A stretch of 64,000 nucleotides of DNA from Bacteroidia bacterium (GCA_030432635.1 JAUIMB010000011.1:54124-118123), one strand, 5' to 3'. Counted from the stretch's first letter, positions 9,727 to 20,127 are shown. Numbers and translations are program-made. The notes: generated from the letters alone by a model not told the origin.

Positions 9727-10626
9727 TTATTCCTTTACAAAATAATAGATATCGTCTTCACCTTTTCCCCTTGGTCGTCTGGAAGAAAAGTAGCCTTCTG
9801 TACCATCTTCATTGACAATGTAACAGAAATCATCACTTCTCGTATTAAAAGGTTCTGGCAGCAACTTAGGCTTTTCGGTTTCAGGATTTCCATTGAGATC
9901 ATAGCTATAGATATCCAATCCACCTACGCCTCCTACACGATCTGAAGCAAAATAAAGCACATTGTCTTTGCTCACGAATGGAAACATATCCCTTCTTGGG
10001 GAATTGATGGTCTTTCCAAGGTTTGTCACCTCTCCATATGTATTATCTCCAAGGATATCCACTTTGAATAAATCGGTTTGACCATGAGCACCATGAGCAT
10101 TTGAAGTGAAGTACAATGTTGAACCATCTGGACTTAAAACAGCATGACCATAATTATACTTGGCTAAGCAAAACGGAAGAGGCTCAAAATTGGTCCAACC
10201 TTTTCCTTCAATATATTCGCCTCGCTGGATATTAAGGTTTATGGATTTTAATTTTCCCTTGTAGGACGTACGACGCTTTTTAAAATTGGTGGTGATGTAC
10301 ATGTACTTACCATCAGGACTAAATCCTGCACTAGAGGTATTGAAGATAAAATCTTCTGATTTAATGAATTGCTTTGAATTGATAATCTCACCATCTTCTG
10401 TCCTTTGCCCTTCAAACATGGTATAAATCAGTCGCTTATCATGATCGCGTCGCGCTCTATTTCTGTTATCTAGCATATAAGACGTATAATAGACCTTATC
10501 ACCTTTGTAAAATACGACACCATATTGACTTTTATCGTCGTTAATTTTTAGGTTTTTTACGGAATAGCTTTGGGCAAACCCGAAATTAATTGTCAATACA
10601 AGTAGTATACTGCAACTTAACTTCAT
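9727..10626 (-). CDS. Secreted PD40/TolB-like beta-propeller protein (ORF track start 10659)
   Basis: Signal peptide MKLSCS...FAQ; repeats FSPDGKYMY, LSPDGSTLYFTS, NLGKTINSPRRDMFPF, LYFASDRVGGVGGLDIY, DDIYYF. Confidence 0.8.
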   Translation of the reverse strand: MKLSCSILLVLTINFGFAQSYSVKNLKINDDKSQYGVVFYKGDKVYYTSYMLDNRNRARRDHDKRLIYTMFEGQRTEDGEIINSKQFIKSEDFIFNTSSAGFSPDGKYMYITTNFKKRRTSYKGKLKSINLNIQRGEYIEGKGWTNFEPLPFCLAKYNYGHAVLSPDGSTLYFTSNAHGAHGQTDLFKVDILGDNTYGEVTNLGKTINSPRRDMFPFVSKDNVLYFASDRVGGVGGLDIYSYDLNGNPETEKPKLLPEPFNTRSDDFCYIVNEDGTEGYFSSRRPRGKGEDDIYYFVKE

Positions 10627-10643
10627 AATATGATAATTAGTGA

Positions 10644-11819
10644 TTAATCTTTTCTCCATTGTTTAGTGATTTCAAAAACGTGCTCTAAAATGGATTTATC
10701 CGATTCTGAAAATTCAACATTACGTCGTTTCATAACGACTTCGGCTACTTCAAATGCCTTTTTTGTTAAATAGGTTGTCATTCCTGAATGTCCTCCCCAA
10801 GAAAAACTTGGCACGAAGTTTCTAGGAAATCCACTTCCAAACACATTTGCACTTACACCAACAACCGTACCAGTATTAAACATAGTGTTTATACCACATT
10901 TACTATGGTCTCCCATCATAAGTCCACAAAATTGCAAGCCAGTTTTAGCAAAACTTTCTGTTTGGTAATTCCAAAGTCGTACTTCGGCATAATTATTTTT
11001 TAAATTGGAAGTATTGGTATCAGCACCTAGATTGCACCATTCACCAATGACAGAATTTCCCAAAAAACCATCATGGCCTTTATTGGAATACCCAAAAATC
11101 ACTGAATTACTGACTTCTCCTCCAACCTTACTGTGTGGTCCAATGGTTGTTGGCCCATAGATCTTTGCTCCCATTTTTACAGTTGCGCCTTCACATAAGG
11201 CAAATGGACCACGTATGATACTACCTTCCATGATCTGTGCTTGTTTTCCAATATAAATTGGTCCAGTTGTAGCATTTAATGTAGTAAATTCGAGTACTGC
11301 GCCTTCTTCAATAAATACATTATGCGCTCCCAATACATTGTTAGATTCAGATATAGACTGAGACACCCTGTTTTCAGTAAGCAATTCAAAATCAGCTTGC
11401 ATTGCAGCACCATTATTCGCGAAAATATCCCAAGTGTGCTCTATTTTGATAATAGCTTCATCGTACTCTATGGCTTGATAGCTCTCAAAGTCAACTTCTT
11501 CCTGAGTGTTTGATGTATAAAAAGCAATCACGTCCTCATCATGAAAAATGGCTTGATTGGATTCGAGGTTTTTGATCATATCGACCAATCGCTTATTAGG
11601 CAAAAAGGAAGCGTTGATCATGATATTACTATCCAACTCAACCATTGGATATACATCAGACAGATAATCTTCTGTGAGTGTCGTCGTTGTGCTACCAAGA
11701 TGTTTTTCCCATTTTTCCCTAATGGTCAAAATGCCAATTCTGATATCGGCAACAGGTCGTGTAAATGTGAATGGCAATAAGTTATTGCGGCATGGTCCAT
11801 CAAAAAGGATATAATTCAT
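10644..11819 (-). CDS. GlmU-family putative sugar nucleotidyltransferase with hexapeptide repeats
   Basis: LLPFTFTRPVADIRIGILTIREKW N-terminus and a left-handed beta-helix region. Confidence 0.85.
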   Translation of the reverse strand: MNYILFDGPCRNNLLPFTFTRPVADIRIGILTIREKWEKHLGSTTTTLTEDYLSDVYPMVELDSNIMINASFLPNKRLVDMIKNLESNQAIFHDEDVIAFYTSNTQEEVDFESYQAIEYDEAIIKIEHTWDIFANNGAAMQADFELLTENRVSQSISESNNVLGAHNVFIEEGAVLEFTTLNATTGPIYIGKQAQIMEGSIIRGPFALCEGATVKMGAKIYGPTTIGPHSKVGGEVSNSVIFGYSNKGHDGFLGNSVIGEWCNLGADTNTSNLKNNYAEVRLWNYQTESFAKTGLQFCGLMMGDHSKCGINTMFNTGTVVGVSANVFGSGFPRNFVPSFSWGGHSGMTTYLTKKAFEVAEVVMKRRNVEFSESDKSILEHVFEITKQWRKD

Positions 11820-11905
11820 CTCAAAGTTTGAAGTTAAAATTACAAGATATTTGGTAAAAGCTCACTAAAGTTTATACTATCAAATGTAGACTAATTGCTG
11901 AAAAC

Positions 11906-11936
11906 AAAAAAGCCTTCAAGAAAATTCCTGAAGGCT
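11906..11936 (-). terminator. Intrinsic terminator of rpmE2
   Basis: Stem agccttca/tgaaggct with an adjacent A6 run (U-tract on the minus strand). Confidence 0.75.
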
Positions 11937-11958
11937 CTGTAGTGTGATATAACCAAGC

Positions 11959-12210
11959 TTATTTCTTAAACTTAGCATATTTATTTTTAAACTTATCAAT
12001 ACGTCCAGCTGTATCCACCAATTTGGATTTACCAGTATAGTATGGATGTGACGTTCTAGAAATTTCCAATTTTACAACTGGGTATTCCACACCATCAACA
12101 TCAATCGTTTCATTTGTCTCAGCAGTAGACTTAGTTAAAAACACATCATCATTTGACATATCCTTAAACGCTACCAATCTATAATTTTCTGGATGTATAC
12201 CTTTTTTCAT
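11959..12210 (-). CDS. rpmE2: 50S ribosomal protein L31 type B
   Basis: MKKGIHPENYR...SHPYYTGK...AGRIDKF; no Zn-binding cysteines. Confidence 0.97.
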   Translation of the reverse strand: MKKGIHPENYRLVAFKDMSNDDVFLTKSTAETNETIDVDGVEYPVVKLEISRTSHPYYTGKSKLVDTAGRIDKFKNKYAKFKK

Positions 12211-12247
12211 CTCTTTAATCTTTAATTTCCTTACTATTTTGGAGGTG

Positions 12248-12255
12248 CAAATTTA
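12248..12255 (-). promoter_or_regulatory. -7 element (TAAATTTG) for rpmE2
   Basis: caaattta on the + strand, 38 nt upstream of the start. Confidence 0.65.
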
Positions 12256-12370
12256 AGTAATTTTTGTAAATTACCAATAAATTATTTTATTTTTTCAATT
12301 GTACAAATATGTAACATTTCACGATGAATCTATACTAACCAATCATATTAACTAAACAATTAACTCAATT

Positions 12371-12886
12371 ATGGAACAACAACCAACCTCACCAGGCAAA
12401 TTCGGCTTAAATTACGGCATCATTCTAGGTGTAGTAATGATTGCAATCTCAGTAATAACTTACGTAACCGGAATGGCTCTTGAAGGTACGCAATGGCCTC
12501 AGTATTTATACTACATCATTTTTCCTGTTGTGATTTTTTATGCCATCAGTAAATATAAAGCTCACAACGCCAACACCTTGACTGTGGGAAGCGCAATTAA
12601 ATTAGGTGTCATCATTGGTGTGATAAGCGCAATTGTTTATATCGCTTATTTTCTGTTATTCACATATGTAATTGACCCAGAGTTTATGGGACAAATGATG
12701 GAAGTTGCCGAAGAAAACATGCTAGAGCAAAATCCAAATATGAGTCAAGAGCAAATGGATCAAACTTTAAAGTTTATGAAAATGTTTCAAAACCCAGGTA
12801 TTATCAGTGCGTTTTGGATTGGTATGAGTGCACTATTTGGTTTGATATGGTCATTGATTGCAGGTTTGGTGATGAAAAGCAACTAA
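12371..12886 (+). CDS. DUF4199-like membrane protein
   Basis: KFGLNYG start, 4 TM segments, YVIDPEF motif; usual position upstream of the GT2 gene. Confidence 0.7.
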   Translation: MEQQPTSPGKFGLNYGIILGVVMIAISVITYVTGMALEGTQWPQYLYYIIFPVVIFYAISKYKAHNANTLTVGSAIKLGVIIGVISAIVYIAYFLLFTYVIDPEFMGQMMEVAEENMLEQNPNMSQEQMDQTLKFMKMFQNPGIISAFWIGMSALFGLIWSLIAGLVMKSN

Positions 12887-12943
12887 GTTATTGCTTTAAA
12901 TAATTTCAGTACTTTTGAAATACTAATTTTTCAAAATCGCTAA

Positions 12944-13891
12944 ATGAACATATCAGTAGTCATACCACTACTCAACGAACAAGACTCATTAACAGAATTA
13001 CACGATTGGATTGCAAAGGTCATGCAGTCCAATCGTTTTTCGTATGAGATTATCTTTATAGATGACGGTAGTTCTGATGGCTCTTGGGCAACCATAATGC
13101 AATTGTCGCAAAAGGATGATAACGTCAAAGGCATTCGGTTTTTGAAAAACTTCGGAAAATCACAAGCACTTCATGCTGGATTTGCCAAGGCTGAAGGCGA
13201 CGTCGTGATTACTATGGATGCAGATCTACAAGACAATCCTGAGGAAATCCCAGAACTTTACAATATGATTGTTGTCGACAAGTTCGATCTTGTGTCTGGC
13301 TGGAAAAAGAAGCGCTACGATTCGGTCATTGCCAAGAACTTGCCTTCAAAATTATTCAATTGGGCCGCACGAAAAACCTCAGGTGTAAAATTACACGACT
13401 TTAATTGTGGACTAAAAGCCTATAACAAAGCGGTTATCAAAAACATTGATGTTAATGGTGAAATGCATCGCTACATTCCCGTTCTTGCCAAAAATGCAGG
13501 ATTTAGCAACATAGGTGAAAAGATTGTTCAACATCAAGCTCGAAAATATGGTGAGACCAAGTTTGGTATGAATCGATTTTTGCATGGGTTTCTGGACTTA
13601 ATCACCATTTGGTTCTTATCCAGATTTGGAAAACGACCAATGCACTTATTTGGCGCCTTGGGTGTCCTTATGTTTGGCATTGGATTTATATTTGCCCTTT
13701 ATCTTGGTATCGACAAACTATTTTTAAACCCAACTGGACGATTGATTACGGAACGCCCTCAATTTTACATTGCACTTGCCACCATGATTTTAGGCTCCCA
13801 ATTTTTCGTTGCTGGCTTTTTAGGTGAAATCATATTGCGCTCCAAACGTGGCTCTCAAAGATATTTGATCAAACAAGAACTCAATCTTTGA
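12944..13891 (+). CDS. Glycosyltransferase family 2 (polyprenol-phosphate glycosyltransferase, ArnC/DPM1-like)
   Basis: SVVIPLLNE, IDDGSSDGS, NFGKSQAL and ITMDADLQD motifs; two C-terminal TM segments. Confidence 0.92.
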   Translation: MNISVVIPLLNEQDSLTELHDWIAKVMQSNRFSYEIIFIDDGSSDGSWATIMQLSQKDDNVKGIRFLKNFGKSQALHAGFAKAEGDVVITMDADLQDNPEEIPELYNMIVVDKFDLVSGWKKKRYDSVIAKNLPSKLFNWAARKTSGVKLHDFNCGLKAYNKAVIKNIDVNGEMHRYIPVLAKNAGFSNIGEKIVQHQARKYGETKFGMNRFLHGFLDLITIWFLSRFGKRPMHLFGALGVLMFGIGFIFALYLGIDKLFLNPTGRLITERPQFYIALATMILGSQFFVAGFLGEIILRSKRGSQRYLIKQELNL

Positions 13892-13990
13892 ACACCTAAA
13901 ATCGCGATAACTTCAGTCTTCAAATTAACCATTCCTTAATCCTTTTAGAATTATGGAAATATGTACTTTTGCAATACAATTTAAGCTTTT

Positions 13991-15721
13991 ATGATACCAA
14001 TAGAACCGCAATTATTAGAGCGCATAAATACTTGGCTCACACCAACATTTGATCAAGATACCCAAGATAAGATAAGGCACATGATTGCCAACAACACCAA
14101 AGAACTCGAGGAGAGCTTTTACAAAGATCTTGAGTTTGGAACAGGAGGCATGCGTGGTATTATGGGAATTGGCACCAATCGCATTAACAAATTTACACTG
14201 GGTAAAAACACCCAAGGGTTGAGCAACTACCTCAAAACACAATTTCCTTCAGAAACGATTAAGGTGGCTATTGCCTATGACTGTAGACATAACAGTAAAC
14301 AATTGGCAAAACTAGTGGCTGATGTATTTTCTGCAAATGATATCATGGTTTTTTTATTCGAAGACTTAAGACCAACTCCTGAATTATCCTTTGCATTAAA
14401 ACATCTTAATTGTCATTGCGGAATTGTTTTAACCGCATCCCACAATCCACCAGAATACAATGGTTATAAAGTGTATTGGCAAGATGGTGGGCAACTAGTG
14501 CCTCCTCATGATGCTGAGATCATTTCAGAAATCAATCGATTGGATTATTCCGAAATAAAATTTAAAGCCAACGACGATCTCATTCAATATATTGGAAAGG
14601 ATGTCGATGATGTATTCATTGATAATTCAATTAAAAACGGAAGTTTTGATACCACAACAAAAGCAAAGCAAAATCTCAATATCGTTTTCACGTCTTTACA
14701 TGGCACATCGATTACGGCTATCCCTGAAACCCTTGAACGTGCTGGCTATTCCAATGTTCATGTTGTGGAAGAGCAACGCATGCCAAATGGCGATTTTCCT
14801 ACGGTAAAATCACCTAACCCTGAAGAACCAGAAGCACTCAAAATGGCTATGGAACTCGCCGAAAATGTGGATGGCGATATCGTAATAGGAACTGATCCTG
14901 ATTGCGATCGTTTAGGTGTTGTCGTGAGAAACCTCGATAATGAACTGGTCATACTAAATGGCAACCAAACCATGTTGCTAATGACCGATTTCCTTTTAAA
15001 GCAATGGAAAAACGCAGGGAAAATAAATGGAGAGCAATTTGTCGCCTCTACCATAGTCTCCACTCCAATGATGTCGGTGTTGGCTAATGCCTACAACGTA
15101 GAATGTAAAATCGGACTCACAGGTTTTAAGTGGATCGCAAAAATGATTAAGGACTTCCCTGAACTCGATTTTATAGGTGGTGGTGAAGAAAGTTTTGGTT
15201 TTATGGTTGGTGATTTCGTGCGTGATAAAGATGCTGTAACATCTACACTTTTAGCATGCGAGATTGCAGCTCAAGCAAAGGCAAAAGGATCATCAATGTA
15301 TCAAGAGTTGATTCAGCTATATGTTGAGCACGGATTTTATAAGGAACGATTGGTTTCACTTACCAAAAAAGGTATTGAAGGCGCTAGGGAAATTAAGCAA
15401 ATGATGATTGATGCACGCGAAAATCCTTTAAAGGAAGTGAATGGCTCTAAAGTGACTCGAATTGAAGACTACCAATTATCAACCGTAAAAGATCTTTTTA
15501 CCCAAAAGGAAAGTAAGATAGATATCCCAAAATCCAATGTATTGATATACTACACCGAAGATGGTAGTAAAATTGCATTGCGACCAAGTGGAACGGAACC
15601 TAAGATAAAATTCTATATCAGTGTTAATACATCACTAGACAATATGTCAGCATTTCAAACTACGGAACAAGAATTGGAGCGTCGTATTGACAACATCCTT
15701 AAGGATATGAACCTCAATTAA
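13991..15721 (+). CDS. pgm: Phosphoglucomutase/phosphomannomutase
   Basis: [25 protein letters not shown] and [10 protein letters not shown] motifs; TACTTTTG promoter at 13964-13971. Confidence 0.92.
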   Translation: MIPIEPQLLERINTWLTPTFDQDTQDKIRHMIANNTKELEESFYKDLEFGTGGMRGIMGIGTNRINKFTLGKNTQGLSNYLKTQFPSETIKVAIAYDCRHNSKQLAKLVADVFSANDIMVFLFEDLRPTPELSFALKHLNCHCGIVLTASHNPPEYNGYKVYWQDGGQLVPPHDAEIISEINRLDYSEIKFKANDDLIQYIGKDVDDVFIDNSIKNGSFDTTTKAKQNLNIVFTSLHGTSITAIPETLERAGYSNVHVVEEQRMPNGDFPTVKSPNPEEPEALKMAMELAENVDGDIVIGTDPDCDRLGVVVRNLDNELVILNGNQTMLLMTDFLLKQWKNAGKINGEQFVASTIVSTPMMSVLANAYNVECKIGLTGFKWIAKMIKDFPELDFIGGGEESFGFMVGDFVRDKDAVTSTLLACEIAAQAKAKGSSMYQELIQLYVEHGFYKERLVSLTKKGIEGAREIKQMMIDARENPLKEVNGSKVTRIEDYQLSTVKDLFTQKESKIDIPKSNVLIYYTEDGSKIALRPSGTEPKIKFYISVNTSLDNMSAFQTTEQELERRIDNILKDMNLN

Positions 15722-17556
15722 TGGATTACATCAAGAAACTTTCACGGTTTATAATTCCGTATAAGAAGTATGCATTCCTGAATATCTTTTTCAATATTCT
15801 GTATGCGCTTTTTGGGACGTTATCGTTCGTTTCCTTGATGCCTATGCTTAAGGTATTACTGAAAACCGCTGAACCCATTTTAAAGAAGCCGTTGGCTTCA
15901 GATTATGATGGGTTTTTGGAATATGGTGACTACCTTGAAAACTATCTCAACTATTTTATCACACAGAAAATTGCTGAAGATGGCCAATACAGTGTCTTAA
16001 TTTTGATGATTTGTATCGTATTGGCTACGTTCCTTCTGAAAAATGCAGCAGGTTACTTTTCAAATTTCTTCTTAGCCTATTTAAGAAATGGAATTCTCAA
16101 GGATATTAGGAATGAGCTTTATGAAAAAACAGTAGAATTGCCTGTATCGTACTTCTCTGAAAAGCGAAAAGGTGACATTATTGCTCGTATTTCTGCAGAT
16201 GTCAATGAAATTCAAAATTCACTTCTTGCTATCCTAGAGTTGCTTGTACGAGAACCATTGACCATTATATTCACAATAATCGTAATGTTTAGCATCAGTT
16301 TGAAGCTTACGATTTTTGTATTTGTTTTTATTCCTATTTCTGGAATCATCATTTCTTGGGTTGGAAAGAGCTTGAAAAAGCATTCCAATCGTGTCCAGCA
16401 GGAAAATGGCGTATTCTTGTCGGTGTTGGATGAAACATTAAACGGATTGAAAGTCATCAAGAGCTTTAATTCCGAATCGCGTTTCATGTCAATATTCAAG
16501 AATTCAACATCACGACTATACAAGTACTCGAATGATTTGGCACATCGACAAAACCTAGCATCACCTACATCGGAGTTTTTGGGCATTGTTGTAATCGCTG
16601 TGATTTTGTTATATGGTGGACGTATGGTTTTGGTTGACAAAACCTTGACGCCTGATGAATTCATTACCTACATGGCGTTGGCATATAATATATTGACACC
16701 TGCCAAAGCGATTAGTAAAGCGAGTTATAAAGTAAAAGCTGGCAATGCTTCAGCAGATCGTGTCCTTGACATCTTAAATACAACGTCTAGTTTAAAAGAT
16801 GATGTCAATGCTAAAACCAAGGAAGATTTCAACACTGAGATTTCGCTGAGCAATGTGTCGTTTAAATATGAAGATGATTTGGTGCTCAAAAATTTCAGCA
16901 TCAAGGTACCCAAAGGGAAAAGTGTCGCATTGGTTGGACAATCAGGTAGCGGCAAATCAACAATTGCCAACTTGGTCACACGCTTTTATGACGTGACCGA
17001 AGGAACAATTTCGATAGATGGCACCAATATCAAAACCTTGACCAAAGCCTCCTTACGTGGTTTGATGGGATTGGTAACCCAAGACTCGATTCTGTTTAAT
17101 GATACGATCAGAAATAATATTTTGATTGGTAAGGAAGACGCTTCGGAAGAAGCTATTATTGAAGCACTTAAAATTGCCAATGCTTGGGAGTTTGTTAAAG
17201 ACCTTCCAAATGGAATTGACACGAATATTGGAGATGCTGGTGGAAAATTATCTGGTGGACAAAAACAACGTCTCAGTATTGCCCGAGCTGTTTTAAAGAA
17301 TCCTCCAATCATGATTTTGGACGAAGCGACCTCTGCATTGGATACCGAAAGCGAGCGTTTGGTGCAAGTGGCTCTCGAGAACATGATGAAAAACCGAACT
17401 TCAATTGTTATTGCGCATCGCTTGTCGACTATTCAAAACGCAGATGAAATTATCGTGATGCAAAAAGGTGAAATTGCTGAGCAAGGCACACACAATGAAC
17501 TCTTGGCAAAAAATGGTGTCTACAAAAAATTGGTGGACATGCAGAGCTTTGAGTAA
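15721..17556 (+). CDS. ABC exporter, permease plus ATPase (MsbA-like)
   Basis: TMD followed by GQSGSGKST, LSGGQKQR, ILDEATSALD and IAHRLST. Confidence 0.92.
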   Translation: MDYIKKLSRFIIPYKKYAFLNIFFNILYALFGTLSFVSLMPMLKVLLKTAEPILKKPLASDYDGFLEYGDYLENYLNYFITQKIAEDGQYSVLILMICIVLATFLLKNAAGYFSNFFLAYLRNGILKDIRNELYEKTVELPVSYFSEKRKGDIIARISADVNEIQNSLLAILELLVREPLTIIFTIIVMFSISLKLTIFVFVFIPISGIIISWVGKSLKKHSNRVQQENGVFLSVLDETLNGLKVIKSFNSESRFMSIFKNSTSRLYKYSNDLAHRQNLASPTSEFLGIVVIAVILLYGGRMVLVDKTLTPDEFITYMALAYNILTPAKAISKASYKVKAGNASADRVLDILNTTSSLKDDVNAKTKEDFNTEISLSNVSFKYEDDLVLKNFSIKVPKGKSVALVGQSGSGKSTIANLVTRFYDVTEGTISIDGTNIKTLTKASLRGLMGLVTQDSILFNDTIRNNILIGKEDASEEAIIEALKIANAWEFVKDLPNGIDTNIGDAGGKLSGGQKQRLSIARAVLKNPPIMILDEATSALDTESERLVQVALENMMKNRTSIVIAHRLSTIQNADEIIVMQKGEIAEQGTHNELLAKNGVYKKLVDMQSFE

Positions 17557-18618
17557 TTATCGAATGCGTTGAATTTCAAAATAAGTCTTTCCAGTAAAAT
17601 TGTCTATCTCAACACCATTAGGACCATTCGATGCGTCATTGGGTTGATAGTTCTGAACAAATATTTCCACATAGTCGTTCACATTTAAATAAAAGGTGCA
17701 ATTAATCGAACGGCTAACATCACCAACACTATAGTGGTTAGCTGAAGACTCTTGAAGCAGCACGTTATTGACGTACACAGCAATTCCATAATATTGCGTA
17801 TTATTTTGAAATGCAGTATGAAATCCTGCGTTGATTGTATAATACCCAGCATTATTCGCAACAAATCTATTATTAGCCACCGAAAACTCAGTATTGGTAT
17901 CATATAGTACCGTATCAAAGGTAATCTTCTGCCAACCTGTGGTGTTTAGAATTTGATTTGCTGCAAGATTTACTCTACATAAGGAAAACGTATTGCTGTC
18001 TTTATCCACCCATGAAACGACACCTGCACCATCTGTTTCCATAATTTGATTAGCAGTACCACGACTTTCTGGCAAAATATAATTATCTGTAACCGTCTGA
18101 CCGATAGACACCTTTCCTCCCAAAAAATAGCCAGAATAAATATCATTGTTGGCTGCGGTACCATTGACACTACTGTAAATACCGTAAACATTACCTGTAT
18201 TGCCAGCATTGGTGATATCGGCATAAAAACCATAACTGTTACTATTAATACCAGTAGCCTGACCTATAAAACTGTACATACCAAACATATCGGTTGTACC
18301 AGCACCAGAATTTGGCTTATATACTTCACTATAAACACCATAACGTGTTGCTGTTCCTGCGCCTGAAACATTGCTAAAAATACCATATTTGGAAGCCGTT
18401 AATGAAGGACGACTCGAATTGGTAAGATGAAGGCTATATGTATTTTGCTGTGCTGTGGAGGTACTATTAAGTTCTACCTCAACTCCCTTGCGCTCTGATG
18501 TTGCAGTAGCTTCGGTTACCACGTGCAACTGGGCTGTAGGTGTTGTCGTCCCAATACCTACCTGAGCATTGATCAACATAGGCAAGCTTCCCATAATAAA
18601 GAAAAGAATCTGTTTCAT
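17557..18618 (-). CDS. Secreted fibre-like protein with C-terminal C1q/TNF-like domain
   Basis: Signal peptide plus QVGIGTTTP motif; G/Y/S-rich repeats (YGIFS, YGVYS, FGMYS, YGFYA, YGIYS); C-terminal ITFDTVLYD...FVANNAGYYTINA...LNVNDYVEIFV pattern. Confidence 0.6.
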   Translation of the reverse strand: MKQILFFIMGSLPMLINAQVGIGTTTPTAQLHVVTEATATSERKGVEVELNSTSTAQQNTYSLHLTNSSRPSLTASKYGIFSNVSGAGTATRYGVYSEVYKPNSGAGTTDMFGMYSFIGQATGINSNSYGFYADITNAGNTGNVYGIYSSVNGTAANNDIYSGYFLGGKVSIGQTVTDNYILPESRGTANQIMETDGAGVVSWVDKDSNTFSLCRVNLAANQILNTTGWQKITFDTVLYDTNTEFSVANNRFVANNAGYYTINAGFHTAFQNNTQYYGIAVYVNNVLLQESSANHYSVGDVSRSINCTFYLNVNDYVEIFVQNYQPNDASNGPNGVEIDNFTGKTYFEIQRIR

Positions 18619-18716
18619 ACTGATTTACGATTAAACAAAAAATCAAGTTCATTAAGATAAGGTATTTTGAAATAAAATCATAACCTGCTGAAACAAAAAG
18701 GGATGGAGTCATCAAT

Positions 18717-18801
18717 AAAAAAAAGGATGTAACTTACGTCAACATCCTTTTGTTCCTATCACCATATTTGGGGACGATGGCAATAGTTAAGTAGGTTAGG
18801 C
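18717..18801 (-). ncRNA. Candidate small RNA or 5' leader (two hairpins, the second a terminator)
   Basis: Minus-strand TATGTTTG promoter at 18807-18814; 10-bp stem CUAUUGCCAU/AUGGUGAUAG with loop CGUCCCCAAAU; terminator GGAUGU..GAC-GUAA-GUU..ACAUCC-U8. Confidence 0.6.
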
Positions 18802-18848
18802 TGACACAAACATAGATGAAATATTTGATGTATGCAAGAAAAAAATGT

Positions 18849-18878
18849 ATTTCATCGTTATTATTATACATTTCATCG
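18849..18878 (-). promoter_or_regulatory. LytTR-type direct repeat (ATTTCATCG-N12-ATTTCATCG on +)
   Basis: Two identical 9-mers with a 21-bp period, 35-64 nt upstream of the minus-strand -7 element. Confidence 0.65.
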
Positions 18879-18983
18879 ATGTTTTTTGATTCAATATATT
18901 GATTATCATGTATTTAAAATTTTAAAGTTTTTTCATTAAACTTTTCAGTACTTTGAGGTGTCTTATGGAAAACGTATTTTTTA

Positions 18984-19529
18984 TTGGAGAACGAAATTGA
19001 CTTAATACAACGATTGGGTACCGTAACAACTAAGGAAGCTGCCTTTAAAGAATTGCTGGCACTATACAAGGAACGTCTGTATTGGCATATTCGGCATATA
19101 GTAAAGTCTCATGATGATGCCGACGATGTATTGCAAAACACCTTCATTAAAGTTTACAAAAACATTCATAATTTTAAAGGCGACAGTAAACTTTATTCTT
19201 GGCTGTATCGGATCGCAACCAATGAATCCATTACACACATTAACAAGAATAAAAAGCGGTTGAATATTGGCAGTTTTGAAATACACGACCATATGATGAA
19301 TAAACTAAAGGCAGACGTTTATTTTGAAGGTGATGAAATTCAGTTTAAATTACAACAAGCAATAGCTACTTTACCTGAAAAGCAACAATTGGTATTTAAT
19401 ATGAAATATTTTCAGGACATAACATATCGCGACATGTCTGAAGTTCTTGATACAAGTGAAGGAGCGCTCAAAGCTTCTTATCATATCGCAGTAAAAAAAA
19501 TTGAGGCGTATTTAAAACGTGAGGTATGA
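18984..19529 (+). CDS. ECF sigma-70 factor (TTG start)
   Basis: Region 2 DADDVLQNTFIKVY/SWLYRIATN; region 4 LPEKQQLVF...YRDMSEVL. Confidence 0.92.
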   Translation: MENEIDLIQRLGTVTTKEAAFKELLALYKERLYWHIRHIVKSHDDADDVLQNTFIKVYKNIHNFKGDSKLYSWLYRIATNESITHINKNKKRLNIGSFEIHDHMMNKLKADVYFEGDEIQFKLQQAIATLPEKQQLVFNMKYFQDITYRDMSEVLDTSEGALKASYHIAVKKIEAYLKREV

Positions 19530-19620
19530 ATATAAAAACATGTAAATGCAATACCAACCAAGACATCAATAAATAATGCAATAATTAAACCATTTGCTAA
19601 TATTTCTGTCAAATACAATA

Positions 19621-20127
19621 ATGGACAAAAACGAATTACATAACATAAAGAACCCAGGATTTAAAGTACCTAAGGACTATTTTCCCCAAGTTGAGGAGCA
19701 CATCCTTAGCGAAATGGAATTAAAATCGAAGGTCGACACCTCAGGCTTTAATGTACCAGACTCCTATTTTGAAACTATAGACCGAAATATACTGGATTCC
19801 ATTTCAGAAGACAATGAAACAAAGGTCATAAACATTTTATCATGGAGGAAATTGGTTTACACAACTGCTATAGCAGCATCACTAATTTTAATGTTCAACC
19901 TGTTTATGCAACCTTCGGAAACCATTTCTATCGATGACGTAGAAACCGCATCCATAGAACACTATTTAGACAATTCAGAGTTTTCAACTTACGAATTGGC
20001 CTCATTATTAACCGAAGAGGAATTCAACAGCCCTAATTTTATTGAAAACAACATACCTGATAGTTCAATAGAGGATTACCTCATCGAGCATGCCGACCTT
20101 GAAGACTTAATAACAATAGAACAATGA
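19621..20127 (+). CDS. Probable anti-sigma factor (single TM); ORF track start 19594
   Basis: Duplicated F(K/N)VP..YF motif and a single TM (YTTAIAASLILMF); directly after the sigma gene. Confidence 0.65.
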   Translation: MDKNELHNIKNPGFKVPKDYFPQVEEHILSEMELKSKVDTSGFNVPDSYFETIDRNILDSISEDNETKVINILSWRKLVYTTAIAASLILMFNLFMQPSETISIDDVETASIEHYLDNSEFSTYELASLLTEEEFNSPNFIENNIPDSSIEDYLIEHADLEDLITIEQ

